A DNA stretch of 64,000 nt from Candidatus Harrisonbacteria bacterium CG10_big_fil_rev_8_21_14_0_10_40_38 (lineage in GTDB: Bacteria > Patescibacteriota > Minisyncoccia > UBA6257 > 1-14-0-10-40-38): the NCBI GenBank assembly GCA_002773535.1, contig PFAZ01000001.1:19226-83225 (forward strand), read 5' to 3'. A program made the position numbers and the translations under genes. Below the pieces are notes generated by a model that was not told the origin of the DNA, did not search any database, and saw nothing but the letters and a program-made list of their open reading frames with translations. The stretch's first letter is position 1. Each line of letters begins with the position of its first letter. Below, one piece after another: positions 1 through 9,737 of the stretch.

Positions 1-491
1 CAATCCAACCAGTAATCCCAAATGATGGCGATAACGGAGGAGGAGATAATGGCGGCGGAGGATCCGGCGGATCCGGCGGAGGCGGCGGAGGCGGCTGGTG
101 GGGCCCATCTCCATCACCGACTCCATCTCTATCACCTTCACCTTCTCCAGAAGGAGAAGTCTTGGGCGCAGAAACCATCTGTGAGCCATATCTCACAACT
201 TATATCAAACTCGGTAATAAGAATGACGTGGGTGAGGTTAAGAAGCTTCAGGAATTCCTGAATACTTATGAAGGTGAAAAACTTCCGGTAACAGGGTTCT
301 ACGGCAATATGACATTTGCAGCTATAAATAGATTTCAGCTCAAATATTCAAACGACATCCTTTTGCCATGGGTCGCTTACGGGCTTCCAAATAGTAAATC
401 AGCTACTGGTTATGTTTACAAAACAACCCGGTATAAGATAAACGCAATTGTTTGTCCTGAAAATCAGTCCCCAAAGCCAATGCTCCCATAA
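1..491 (+). CDS. 3' end of a larger ORF entering from upstream; Gly/Ser-rich and Pro/Ser/Thr-rich linkers then a peptidoglycan-binding (PG_binding_1-like) C-terminal domain
   Basis: Frame 3 is open from position 3 to the stop at 489-491. The C-terminus (LQEFLN...LPVTGFYGNMTFAAINRFQ) matches the PG-binding domain pattern also seen at the C-termini of 2911..8373 and 13824..14528. Confidence 0.55.
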   Translation, partial: IQPVIPNDGDNGGGDNGGGGSGGSGGGGGGGWWGPSPSPTPSLSPSPSPEGEVLGAETICEPYLTTYIKLGNKNDVGEVKKLQEFLNTYEGEKLPVTGFYGNMTFAAINRFQLKYSNDILLPWVAYGLPNSKSATGYVYKTTRYKINAIVCPENQSPKPMLP

Positions 492-504
492 AGTTAAAAA
501 AGTA

Positions 505-537
505 CCCCCCGTATAGAGCGGGGGGTGTATTTTTTTA
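505..537 (+). terminator. Rho-independent terminator (bidirectional)
   Basis: The ccccccg / cgggggg 7-bp GC stem with loop tatagag is followed by tgtattttttt and preceded by an A-run. Confidence 0.7.
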
Positions 538-564
538 ATACAAATATAAAAGTATAATAGTTAT

Positions 565-1509
565 ATGAAGAGGCTTAAAAAATATTTTATACCTCACAAA
601 GGAAATAACTATAAACCGCATGTTTTTCACATCCGGTCGGTTATTTTTATTATTTTAGGCATTCTATTAATAGAAGCGCTTTTTCTTTTAAATACATTTA
701 TTATAAACCCAAGAACAGGCTTTTTTTCGGAAATCATCAAAAACGTACTGGTTGATGAAACAAATAAAGTTAGAACAGAAGCTGCAGAAAACACTCTTAA
801 AATAAACCCAATACTTGAAAAAGCCGCCCAAAGCAAAGCCGAAGACATGGCGCAAAAAGGTTATTTCAGTCACGAAAGTCCGGATGGAAAATCACCTTGG
901 GAGTGGATATCTGAAGCCGGTTACAAGTACGCAAGCGCAGGAGAAAACTTGGCGGTAAATTTTGTAGATTCAAAAGATGTTATAAACGCATGGCTCGCCT
1001 CCGAAGGTCATAAAAAAAATATTCTAAACAAATATTTTACTGAAATCGGCATCGGAACCGCAAAAGGTACATACAAAGGAAGAGATACAATATTTGTTGT
1101 ACAATATTTCGCCCGACCTGATTTACTTGCAATAGCACCAGAAAACATAGAATCTTTACCAAAATCAGAACCGGAAATCATTAGAAATTCACTTGAAGAG
1201 GAAATGGCCATCATAAATAAGCAAAGCGATATAAAAGTAGCCGGAGCCGAAAGGACAATAGATCCATTTGAAGAGATTCGCGAGGCAAATATCGGCGAAA
1301 CTATTATCTCAAACCCCAAAACAATCACTAGATATGTATATGAAGGTATTATTGCTATAATAGCCCTCTCACTGATAATTCTTTTAGGTTTCAGCTTTAA
1401 AAATAAAAATTTCAGGCTATTTACTCATGGAATGCTCATAATACTTATTATATCCGCATTTATTGCGGCAAATAGCTATATAATTTCAGCAAGTATAGAG
1501 ATAAAATAA
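565..1509 (+). CDS. CAP/SCP/PR-1 (YkwD-like) domain protein with N- and C-terminal TM segments
   Basis: Contains GENLAVNF...AWLASEGHKKNIL...EIGIG CAP-domain motifs, with hydrophobic stretches at both ends. Confidence 0.6.
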   Translation: MKRLKKYFIPHKGNNYKPHVFHIRSVIFIILGILLIEALFLLNTFIINPRTGFFSEIIKNVLVDETNKVRTEAAENTLKINPILEKAAQSKAEDMAQKGYFSHESPDGKSPWEWISEAGYKYASAGENLAVNFVDSKDVINAWLASEGHKKNILNKYFTEIGIGTAKGTYKGRDTIFVVQYFARPDLLAIAPENIESLPKSEPEIIRNSLEEEMAIINKQSDIKVAGAERTIDPFEEIREANIGETIISNPKTITRYVYEGIIAIIALSLIILLGFSFKNKNFRLFTHGMLIILIISAFIAANSYIISASIEIK

Positions 1510-1793
1510 TGTTTAAACACTTAAATATCACAATATATGGGAAAGTTCAGGGTATTTTTTTCCGTCGCACTGTAAAACACGAAGCAGATAAAATTGGCAT
1601 TTTCGGGTTTATCAGAAACGAGCCTGATACAACTGTTTATATTGAAGTAGAGGGCAAGGAAGATGAATTAAATCAGTTTACTGCTTGGCTAAAATCCGGA
1701 GCGGGGGAAGGTGAACACGAAATTTCTCTTGTAGATGTGGAAACCGGACCGTATAAAGCTTTCAATACTTTCGAGATTAAAGACGATAAATAA
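1509..1793 (+). CDS. acyP: Acylphosphatase
   Basis: The 94-aa protein starts ITIYGKVQGIFFRRTVKHEADKIGIFGFIRNEPDTTVYIEVEG, the acylphosphatase signature. Confidence 0.8.
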   Translation: MFKHLNITIYGKVQGIFFRRTVKHEADKIGIFGFIRNEPDTTVYIEVEGKEDELNQFTAWLKSGAGEGEHEISLVDVETGPYKAFNTFEIKDDK

Positions 1794-1799
1794 AAAAGT

Positions 1800-2882
1800 A
1801 TGCAAAGAATAGTTCTGCATCTCGATATGGATGCATTTTTTGCGTCCATAGAGGAACGCGACAAACCCAGATTAAAAGGCTTACCTATCGTCGTTGGCTC
1901 CGACCCAAAAGACGGAAACGGCAGAGGCGTTGTTTCGACTGCAAATTATGCGGCAAGAAAATACGGCATACATTCAGCCCAACCAATAGGAATTGCATGG
2001 AGTTTATCGGAAAAAGCGGCAAAAAACGGAAATCCAAAAGCAATTTTTATAGAACCGGACATAAAAAAATACAGCAAAGAATCAAAGAATATAATCAGTT
2101 ACATAAAAACAAAAGCGAAAAAAGTTGAGCAGGCAAGCATAGACGAAGCCTATATTGAGTGCGAAAAAGAAAATCAGTCTTGGGAAAAAGCCGAGAATTT
2201 TGCAAAAGAAATAAAAAAATATATAAAAGAAAAAAATAAACTTACCTGTTCAATCGGCATCGGTCCAAATAAACTCATAGCTAAAATGGCATCGAGTTTT
2301 AAAAAACCCGACGGCCTCACGATTATCACAGACGAAGATGTGAAAAACTTTCTCGATCCAAAGTCAGTTGGGGATATTCCCGGTATCGGCCCAAAAACAG
2401 AAAGCGTACTTAAAAGAATGAAAATAGAAACCATTCGCGATTTAAAAAATATAAGTCGCGAAAAGCTTATTGAAAAATTTGGCAAATGGGGAGCGGGAAT
2501 GTTTGAAAGATCACGAGGCATAGACACGCGAGAAGTTGAGGAAGACCGAGAAATCAAATCAATCGGAGAACAGGAAACATTTGAAAAGGATACCCTAGAT
2601 AGCGTTATTTTGATAGAAAAACTCAAGGAAATATGCTCAAGAGTTCAAAAACGAGTAGAAAAAAACGGATTATTATTTAAAACAGTAACAATCATCGTAA
2701 GATTTGAAAATTTTGAGACAAAAACAAGATCACATACGGTAAAAACAAAAACAAACAGTCTAAGAGACTTAGAGGGGGAGTCTCTTCAAATGTTTCTTCC
2801 GTTTTTAGATAGTAGGGAAAACCCAAATCGAAAAAAGATCCGTCTTTTAGGTGTGAGAGTGGAAAAATTAATTCACAGATAG
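1800..2882 (+). CDS. dinB: DNA polymerase IV (Y-family)
   Basis: The N-terminus has HLDMDAFFASIEER... and GIGPNKLIAKMAS..KPDG motifs. Confidence 0.88.
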   Translation: MQRIVLHLDMDAFFASIEERDKPRLKGLPIVVGSDPKDGNGRGVVSTANYAARKYGIHSAQPIGIAWSLSEKAAKNGNPKAIFIEPDIKKYSKESKNIISYIKTKAKKVEQASIDEAYIECEKENQSWEKAENFAKEIKKYIKEKNKLTCSIGIGPNKLIAKMASSFKKPDGLTIITDEDVKNFLDPKSVGDIPGIGPKTESVLKRMKIETIRDLKNISREKLIEKFGKWGAGMFERSRGIDTREVEEDREIKSIGEQETFEKDTLDSVILIEKLKEICSRVQKRVEKNGLLFKTVTIIVRFENFETKTRSHTVKTKTNSLRDLEGESLQMFLPFLDSRENPNRKKIRLLGVRVEKLIHR

Positions 2883-2910
2883 TGTTTGTGGAAAACTTTT
2901 TTTAAATCTT

Positions 2911-5900
2911 GTGGTAAACTACAAGCACATGAGCAGAAAAAATATTCTGTTAGCTTCGTTTCTGACAGCCCTCGTCACGATATTAGGAGCGACAGCTTAT
3001 GTAATCCTAAATTTCAACGAGAATAATAGTGAGACAGCCAGCGCAGCGGGTGTTTTGGGTTTAAATCAGGTTTACGTAAAGAACAATAATTCATTTCCTC
3101 TACAAAATGATCTAGTGACCATCCCGCTCTCATTCAGAGAAAGCGAGTATTTTCCAAATGGACTTTCAAATATCAAAATCGGCTCGCTTGATACACAAGT
3201 CACGCCAACCTCTTTTTATAAGAACAATTCCGTAAAAACAGCCGTTGCTCGCGTCATCATATCAATGCCCGCTAATACCGAGCTTATTTTTGATATTACA
3301 TCAGGCTCAAACCCTGGTTCATTCACACCACTTCCAGAAGTTTCAGCATTCTTAAATGGGGGGTTAAAAGCATTTTCAAAAGACCTTGGCGGCGGAACAT
3401 ATCAGACGATTTTTACACCCGGCGACGGACGACTTGTTGAAGACGGACCTGTTGTCAAAACATACGAATTTATCAAAAAGCACAGACCAATTCCCGGTTG
3501 TTCAACCACACTAAACCAGACATGCCTTCCTTATCTATTCACCTCCCATTTTTGGGTTACTGTAGTAAAAGGAAAACCATACGTTCAGATCAAGCATTTT
3601 ATTGTTAACTTCGGAAATCTTGCCGAGGACACATGGACAAATGGAAATCCATACAACTACACAGAAGGACAAAACGGCTTCGTCTTCTTTGATCAGGTCT
3701 ATTTTGATACAAATACGAGCGGCACACCGTCATATCTCCATATCTTAGACCAAAGCTACCTAAATCCTTCAGTAAAACAGGTAGTCAGCAGTAGCTTAAA
3801 CCGCTACTTTGTAATGCCAACGGACGCCCAGACCATATTATCTCAAGCCCCTTATTACGACGGACCTCCTCCAAGTGTTGTCACTAACCCAAGTAACTAT
3901 GTGTCAGCGGGCCAGGGATTTTTGACATATAGCGTTCTTCATATAAACAGCTCTAATCCACCGGCCTTTATCGATCCATTTGATGAATCAAATGTTGAAA
4001 CAGGCCAGTCCCTTGCCAGATTTAATCAGGTAAACGGGCATCTTTTTGATGAAATTGTGAGACCGGACGCCATTGACCCTGGCTTTAATTTTGCAAATAA
4101 CGCCCAAGTTGAATACGACAGAGTTGTAAACACTATCAGCGATCCCATAAACGGGCACAGGTTTGGGCAATATGATTACGGCATAAAAGATATGGGAGCC
4201 GGTAGTGTATTCAATCACTACATAGAAGATCCATTTAATATTGTGAGGTACCTCATGTCATGCGATACACGATGTGCCAAAAGATACATAGACATGACAC
4301 GGTTTCACATGTATGGCTCTGCTCATGTTGTAGCTCATCCCGTGGGAGTTGATTTGGCCGCTCACCCCCAAACCAATTTTTCAAACTATAGGAACACTTC
4401 ATTTGAAAAAGAACTTGATGGATCTGATACAAGCTGTGATATTCAGACAACAATAAACACCGAAGATAAATTAGGTTTCGGAAATAGTGATTTAAATACA
4501 AATATCAATTTCAGGCGAGATGCAAATGGAAGATACTGCAATGTTTATTCAAACTGGGCATGGCTGGCGCTGTCTCACAAATGGACAACCAGAGACGCAG
4601 CTCACGCATCACTCGCTCTTGAGCTTTACAGATGGATGTTTACCGGAGACTTTGCCGCAAGAACTCTCGGTGAAGACCAAATAAAAACATTCGGAAGCGC
4701 ATTTCAATACACCTATCTTTACAGGTGCGACTTCACGCGCCCAGGTTCCTGTTACCCCGATCAGACCCGCGCGATGGGCCGCGCGCTCACAAATTTTGCA
4801 AAAGCATTCAGCTCAACTGGCAATTCATACTACGCAACGCTTGCCGGTTATATGTTTAAGATCATAGACAACGTAAAAGACCACTCCCAACCGGGCGCAT
4901 ATGGCGTCGATGCTTCAGGAGATCAAAGACCAGTTCAATTCTTTAGCTACTACCGACCACCGGCATGCCACTTGTTTACACGCGAAGAGTCTTTGGTGCT
5001 GGATGGCATTGAGACTAGTTATAAAGACGCTATAACAGACACGACAATATTAAACAGAATGAGAACCGTTTTGGACGAAGGGTTGTTCTCGGTTCTTACT
5101 TACATGGTTAAAAGTCCATCTGAGGTGAAAAACAACATGCCAAACCCCGAAAACCCAAATGCCCCAATTATGCAGGGAACGGGTGGATGGACGAGAGATA
5201 ACTACATCTGCAACAACGGCGATGGAACAGATTTCACTCAATATTTCTATTCAAGTGAAGGAGGTTATAGCCCTGATAGATCACAGGTTATACCGGGCAT
5301 CTGTCACGCTGTAAAACTCTCCAAACAACTAGGACTTAATCCATGGTATGACACAAGATTTAGGGACGCATTTGAGCGCGGATTTGTATATCCTTCAGCA
5401 GTTACTAGAGATGATTTCGGAATCCGTATACAAAATCTAAACATCGAAGAATTGTGCGGCCTTCGCGTTGCCTTAAATCTTCCAACAGCTCTTGAAAACA
5501 ATAACTGCGTAGACAACGATGGCGACGGATATTCAACGTGCACAGGTGATTGCAACGATAACAATGCAAATATAAATCCTGGCAAAAACGAATTATGCAG
5601 CGACGGTATAGACAACAACTGCAACCAGCTCTTTGATTGCAACGAAAGATCATGTTCCGGAAGCTGCTCCGGGCAAAGAACTTATTGCGGCGACTTGTTT
5701 GTCAGTAACCCAAATAGCTACGGATTAAACGAGCAATGTGATGTAAAAGGATTTGGCACAGGTGGAACAAATTCATGTACTGGGTACACTTGTGTTCCGG
5801 CTGGAGTTTCGCTAACGCAAGGTTGTCTCTGTTCAAACGGTCAGGAGTCACCCCGTCCAACCCCAACACCATCACGAACTCCTACGCCAACACCTACGCC

Positions 5901-8373
5901 AACGCCATCAAGAACCCCAACTCCCACCCCAACGCCGTCATCATCACCGAATCCAACCCCAACCCCAACACCATCCGAGAGCCCACCTCCTCCAAGTAAT
6001 GGATATTTACCACCTTGGTCTACGGTTCCTGCAACAAGAACAATTACGCTCAATTACAACACCGGCATAAGCGATGACGAAAACGGTGTTGCGCTCATGA
6101 ACGCAGTTGCCTCGCTTAGAGCTGGCGATAGATTGATTGTCGGTGGAGCCACGGGAAGAACTTATAGACTACCAACAGGAATTCCATTTACAATTACGCT
6201 TTCGGGAACCGCAAACCAACCTATATGGATTGATGGAAGTTTAACGCCGAAACCTGTAATAACAAGACCAAATGCATCTTTCGAAGTTATCGATTTTGGA
6301 CTTGTTCAATCTGGATCTCCAACAGCTTCATATATAGCGCTCAGAAACTTTGAAATAACAGGTGGGCGAAATGGAATAAGAGTTCACAACACTACGAATA
6401 TCTGGCTCGACAGTCTTGATATTCATAATATCGGCGAAGGTGGCGTAAAATCAGACACATCAAACACGAGTTATCTCTATGTCACAAGAAACCTTATTCA
6501 TGACACAGCAGGCCAGTTCGGAGACGGCATTCGTATCGGAAAAGACACCACGGGAATAACAAGAAACTCCACATATGCTCTAAACCAGATCTATAACACC
6601 AGAAGTTCACAACAGGGAGACGGCATCGAAGTGCGCGGCGGCTCACACTCGAATCTTATTGCTGCAAATGTTATCCATGACACGATCTATCCTTGTATTA
6701 GAACCAATGACGCCGCTCCGGGCATGATGAACGTCATATCAAAGAACATAGTCTATAGTTGTGATGACAACGGAATTCAGGTTGAGGGTTATGGAGTTAG
6801 AGTTGAGGGAAATCTTCTTCTGGGTCCATTCGGTAACAAAGCTTTTGACAATACGCATGGCAACAACCTTCGCGACGTCGTAGTTGTCCACAACACCATG
6901 TTTTCTGTGAATGGATATGGAGCAGGTCTTTGGGGATGGAATGGTCAACCAAACATGGTCTTTGCAAATAACGCTGTATATGTAAGAAATTGCAGGACAC
7001 TTGGGTACTCAATCGCACAATTCGGAGACAAAATACCGGGAGTTTACAAAGGAAACGTCGCCTACTCGGAAGATTGCAATGGCATAGGCTCGGACGGAAC
7101 AAAAGGAATTCCTTCGGCTGGGTATAAAGAGGGAAGTGGCTTAACCGACTTCGGTAATGTAACTCATTGGTCAGGTTTTTATCCCCCAATTCCAAATTAT
7201 CGTCCTTCAGACAGAGGAGCCATTATCGGAAGCGCTGATCCTTCGTGGTTAATTGAAAAAGATTTACTTGGTGACACTCTTCAAGCGCCATATGAAGCCG
7301 GAGCGATTGACAATCACAGCGGCGCGCCAACTCCAACTCCAACATCTTCGCCAAATATAACCCCAACGCCATCTCGAATCCCAACCCCAACACCATCCCC
7401 AACAACCTCGCCAACCCCAACACCGTCAATCTATCCCCCAAAGGGGCCAAGCGGACTTTATTTGGGCAATGTTCAGAGCGATAGAATATCTCTATTCTGG
7501 ACCGATAATTCAGACAATGAAGCCGGGTTCTTAATCCAAAGAAAAGTTGGCGATGGAGAATTTGTAAATCTTGCCGCAGTGGAAAAAGATTCTATCGCGT
7601 ATAACGACTTTTCAGTTGGTCCAAATAAAAAATACACATATAGAGTTCAGGCATACAACTCTGCTGGCGTATCTAATTATTCCAATGAAGCGTCTGTAAC
7701 AACACCTCCGCTTGATGACGGAACTCCGCCACCATCTCCACCACCAACTCCATCTCCACCACCGGGAGCTACACAAACCCCTAACCCAACTCCTACAAAA
7801 TCCCCAGACTCATCAAGAAGCCCAACGCTCAAAGGACCGGTAAACCTAAGAGGGGAAATAACAGGCGATACTTCTGTATATCTTACGTGGACAACCAATT
7901 TCACCGGACTTGGTATAAAGCTTGAAGTCAGCGATGACGGAACAAGCTTTAGAGAAGCAAATACTCTTCCTTACTACTACTTCTATTGGAATGTTGTGAA
8001 TGCAACACCGGGCAAGACTTATTACTTCAGAATGAGATCTTATGACAATAGTGGTTTCTCTGACTATTCAAACACTATAGAAATAACAATGCCGGGCAAA
8101 ATTGTTGGCGGAATAATATTTACCGAAACTCTCTACAAAGGTGTCAGGAGCCCTCAAGTAACTCTTCTTCAAGAGCTACTAAGAAAAAATCCTAAAATAT
8201 ATCCCGAGGGGTTAGTAACTGGTTATTACGGCCCACTAAGCGAAAAAGCAGTTAAAATTTTCCAAGAAAAATACGGCATCGTAAACTATGGTTCACCAGC
8301 ATCCACCGGCTACGGCCTAGTAGGTCCACAGACAAGAGAAAAACTCAACGAGGTTTTCGGAAGTATTCCATAG
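2911..8373 (+). CDS. Giant (1820 aa) secreted or cell-surface protein: signal/TM, MopE-like Cys-rich metal-binding motifs, Pro-Thr linkers, parallel beta-helix (pectate-lyase-like) repeats, two FN3 domains, C-terminal PG-binding domain
   Basis: Features: an N-terminal hydrophobic segment; NNCVDNDGDGYSTCTGDCNDNNANINPG...CSDGIDNNC; PTPTPSRTPTPTPTP runs; repeated NIxxDSLDIHN / NLIHDT / NVIHDT beta-helix units; FN3-like blocks ending YRVQAYNSAG and YYFRMRSYDNSG; and a C-terminus LLQELL..GLVTGYYGPLSEKAVKIFQ. Confidence 0.7.
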   Translation: MVNYKHMSRKNILLASFLTALVTILGATAYVILNFNENNSETASAAGVLGLNQVYVKNNNSFPLQNDLVTIPLSFRESEYFPNGLSNIKIGSLDTQVTPTSFYKNNSVKTAVARVIISMPANTELIFDITSGSNPGSFTPLPEVSAFLNGGLKAFSKDLGGGTYQTIFTPGDGRLVEDGPVVKTYEFIKKHRPIPGCSTTLNQTCLPYLFTSHFWVTVVKGKPYVQIKHFIVNFGNLAEDTWTNGNPYNYTEGQNGFVFFDQVYFDTNTSGTPSYLHILDQSYLNPSVKQVVSSSLNRYFVMPTDAQTILSQAPYYDGPPPSVVTNPSNYVSAGQGFLTYSVLHINSSNPPAFIDPFDESNVETGQSLARFNQVNGHLFDEIVRPDAIDPGFNFANNAQVEYDRVVNTISDPINGHRFGQYDYGIKDMGAGSVFNHYIEDPFNIVRYLMSCDTRCAKRYIDMTRFHMYGSAHVVAHPVGVDLAAHPQTNFSNYRNTSFEKELDGSDTSCDIQTTINTEDKLGFGNSDLNTNINFRRDANGRYCNVYSNWAWLALSHKWTTRDAAHASLALELYRWMFTGDFAARTLGEDQIKTFGSAFQYTYLYRCDFTRPGSCYPDQTRAMGRALTNFAKAFSSTGNSYYATLAGYMFKIIDNVKDHSQPGAYGVDASGDQRPVQFFSYYRPPACHLFTREESLVLDGIETSYKDAITDTTILNRMRTVLDEGLFSVLTYMVKSPSEVKNNMPNPENPNAPIMQGTGGWTRDNYICNNGDGTDFTQYFYSSEGGYSPDRSQVIPGICHAVKLSKQLGLNPWYDTRFRDAFERGFVYPSAVTRDDFGIRIQNLNIEELCGLRVALNLPTALENNNCVDNDGDGYSTCTGDCNDNNANINPGKNELCSDGIDNNCNQLFDCNERSCSGSCSGQRTYCGDLFVSNPNSYGLNEQCDVKGFGTGGTNSCTGYTCVPAGVSLTQGCLCSNGQESPRPTPTPSRTPTPTPTPTPSRTPTPTPTPSSSPNPTPTPTPSESPPPPSNGYLPPWSTVPATRTITLNYNTGISDDENGVALMNAVASLRAGDRLIVGGATGRTYRLPTGIPFTITLSGTANQPIWIDGSLTPKPVITRPNASFEVIDFGLVQSGSPTASYIALRNFEITGGRNGIRVHNTTNIWLDSLDIHNIGEGGVKSDTSNTSYLYVTRNLIHDTAGQFGDGIRIGKDTTGITRNSTYALNQIYNTRSSQQGDGIEVRGGSHSNLIAANVIHDTIYPCIRTNDAAPGMMNVISKNIVYSCDDNGIQVEGYGVRVEGNLLLGPFGNKAFDNTHGNNLRDVVVVHNTMFSVNGYGAGLWGWNGQPNMVFANNAVYVRNCRTLGYSIAQFGDKIPGVYKGNVAYSEDCNGIGSDGTKGIPSAGYKEGSGLTDFGNVTHWSGFYPPIPNYRPSDRGAIIGSADPSWLIEKDLLGDTLQAPYEAGAIDNHSGAPTPTPTSSPNITPTPSRIPTPTPSPTTSPTPTPSIYPPKGPSGLYLGNVQSDRISLFWTDNSDNEAGFLIQRKVGDGEFVNLAAVEKDSIAYNDFSVGPNKKYTYRVQAYNSAGVSNYSNEASVTTPPLDDGTPPPSPPPTPSPPPGATQTPNPTPTKSPDSSRSPTLKGPVNLRGEITGDTSVYLTWTTNFTGLGIKLEVSDDGTSFREANTLPYYYFYWNVVNATPGKTYYFRMRSYDNSGFSDYSNTIEITMPGKIVGGIIFTETLYKGVRSPQVTLLQELLRKNPKIYPEGLVTGYYGPLSEKAVKIFQEKYGIVNYGSPASTGYGLVGPQTREKLNEVFGSIP
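5849..5995 (+). repeat. Pro-Thr linker coding repeat (ccaac(c/a)cc(a/t)ac units); related copies at 7321..7440 and 7726..7800
   Basis: Visible CCAACNCCAAC periodicity that encodes the PTPTP linker. Confidence 0.6.
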
Positions 8374-8418
8374 GCAAATTAACCGGAGTAACACTCCGGT
8401 CAATTTTTATCTACAAAA

Positions 8419-8444
8419 TAGCACTCTTGACTTGAGAGTGCTAA
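8419..8444 (+). promoter_or_regulatory. CIRCE operator (HrcA binding site) upstream of hrcA
   Basis: TAGCACTC-ttgacttga-GAGTGCTAA is a near-perfect match to the CIRCE consensus TTAGCACTC-N9-GAGTGCTAA, about 40 nt upstream of the hrcA start. Confidence 0.88.
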
Positions 8445-8483
8445 AATACTAAACTGACAAAAAGAGTTAATAATTTTATTTAT

Positions 8484-9209
8484 ATGCATCCGAGAACAGC
8501 ACATATCTTGGAAACAGTGATACGTGAATTTATCGCCACAGGCGAACCCGTAAGCTCAAAGCAGATATACGATAGATATAATTTTGACGTAAAATCAGCA
8601 ACTATCAGAAACGAGTTAAATGCGCTCACAAGCGATGGATATCTCGAGCAAATTCACATATCAAGCGGACGCGTTCCAACAGACAAGGGGTATAAATTTC
8701 TTGTAGATAAGCTTATAAAGGAAAAAGATTTTAAGGATTTAAAAAACAAAACCACTCCCGGTATAAATCAAATAAAGAAAGAAATTACAGCCGGAGATTT
8801 AAGCGAAACTATAGAATATTTCGCCTCAAGACTTCAAGCGCTCTCGCTTGGTATAAATATGCTCGAGAGGTCAATTTACAAAAGTAGCCTCGCCGCGCTT
8901 TTAAATAGTTTAAATACTAGCGCCCATGAAACCAGTTTTGAGGATTTATGCGAAATAGTTGAAGACTTTGAAACACTCGAAGACAAGATAAGTTCCCTTA
9001 CAAATGTAGTTGAGAGCACCGCGCCGACAGTCTTCATCGGAAAAAGTCCGATCATGAGAAGTAGACACCTTTCCGTAATAGCCGAAAAATTTGATCTAGG
9101 AGATAAGCAATATATCGTCGTAGTAATCGGGCCAAAGCGAATGGATTATGAGAAAAATATTCAAATGTTTTCAAAATTTAAAAGAGATTTAGAATCACTG
9201 AATGAATAA
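8484..9209 (+). CDS. hrcA: Heat-inducible transcription repressor HrcA
   Basis: The N-terminus (ILETVIREFIATGEPVSSKQI...SATIRNELNALTSDGYLEQIHISSGRVPTDKGYKF) is typical of HrcA, and the gene sits at the head of the grpE-dnaK-dnaJ operon. Confidence 0.85.
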   Translation: MHPRTAHILETVIREFIATGEPVSSKQIYDRYNFDVKSATIRNELNALTSDGYLEQIHISSGRVPTDKGYKFLVDKLIKEKDFKDLKNKTTPGINQIKKEITAGDLSETIEYFASRLQALSLGINMLERSIYKSSLAALLNSLNTSAHETSFEDLCEIVEDFETLEDKISSLTNVVESTAPTVFIGKSPIMRSRHLSVIAEKFDLGDKQYIVVVIGPKRMDYEKNIQMFSKFKRDLESLNE

Positions 9210-9237
9210 TATGTCGCAAAAAAAATCATAAAAAAAT

Positions 9238-9714
9238 ATGAATGAAAAAGATGAAGTAAAAAATCAAAATGAAATTTCCGATCATTCAAAATGCGAATCA
9301 GAAAAAAACGAATATCTTGAAGGTTGGAAAAGAGCAAAAGCAGATTTAATAAATTACAAACGTGACGAAGAAAAAAGGTTTGAGGAGGTAGCAAAGTTTT
9401 CCGTAAGCAGTCTTCTAAAAGAAATTATTCCTGTTTTAGATAGTTTCGACCTTGCTATTACAGCTCTAGAGAAAAACGGAATGGCAGAAAAAGGGATTTT
9501 GATGATAAGAGCTCAACTCGAGGACGCATTAAGAAAAGGAGGCTTGGAAAAAATCGCAGCCAAAGAAGGAGATGAGTTTGATCCACAGATCCACGAAAGT
9601 ATAGGGGAAGAAGAATCGGAATTTGAAGAAGGAAAAATATCAAACATTATCGAAAAAGGTTACTCGCTTCACGGTCGCGTTGTGCGTCCAGCGAGAGTAA
9701 AAGTGTCAAAATAA
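9238..9714 (+). CDS. grpE: Nucleotide exchange factor GrpE
   Basis: The GrpE C-terminus GYSLHGRVVRPARVKVSK and its position between hrcA and dnaK. Confidence 0.85.
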   Translation: MNEKDEVKNQNEISDHSKCESEKNEYLEGWKRAKADLINYKRDEEKRFEEVAKFSVSSLLKEIIPVLDSFDLAITALEKNGMAEKGILMIRAQLEDALRKGGLEKIAAKEGDEFDPQIHESIGEEESEFEEGKISNIIEKGYSLHGRVVRPARVKVSK

Positions 9715-9737
9715 ATTAAAAAATTATTTAAAAAATT

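Noticed and set aside
5841-6053. Minus-strand ORF encoding a (GV)n protein
   Set aside because: It is antisense to the Pro-Thr linker repeat of the giant + strand protein, an artefact of the low-complexity repeat.
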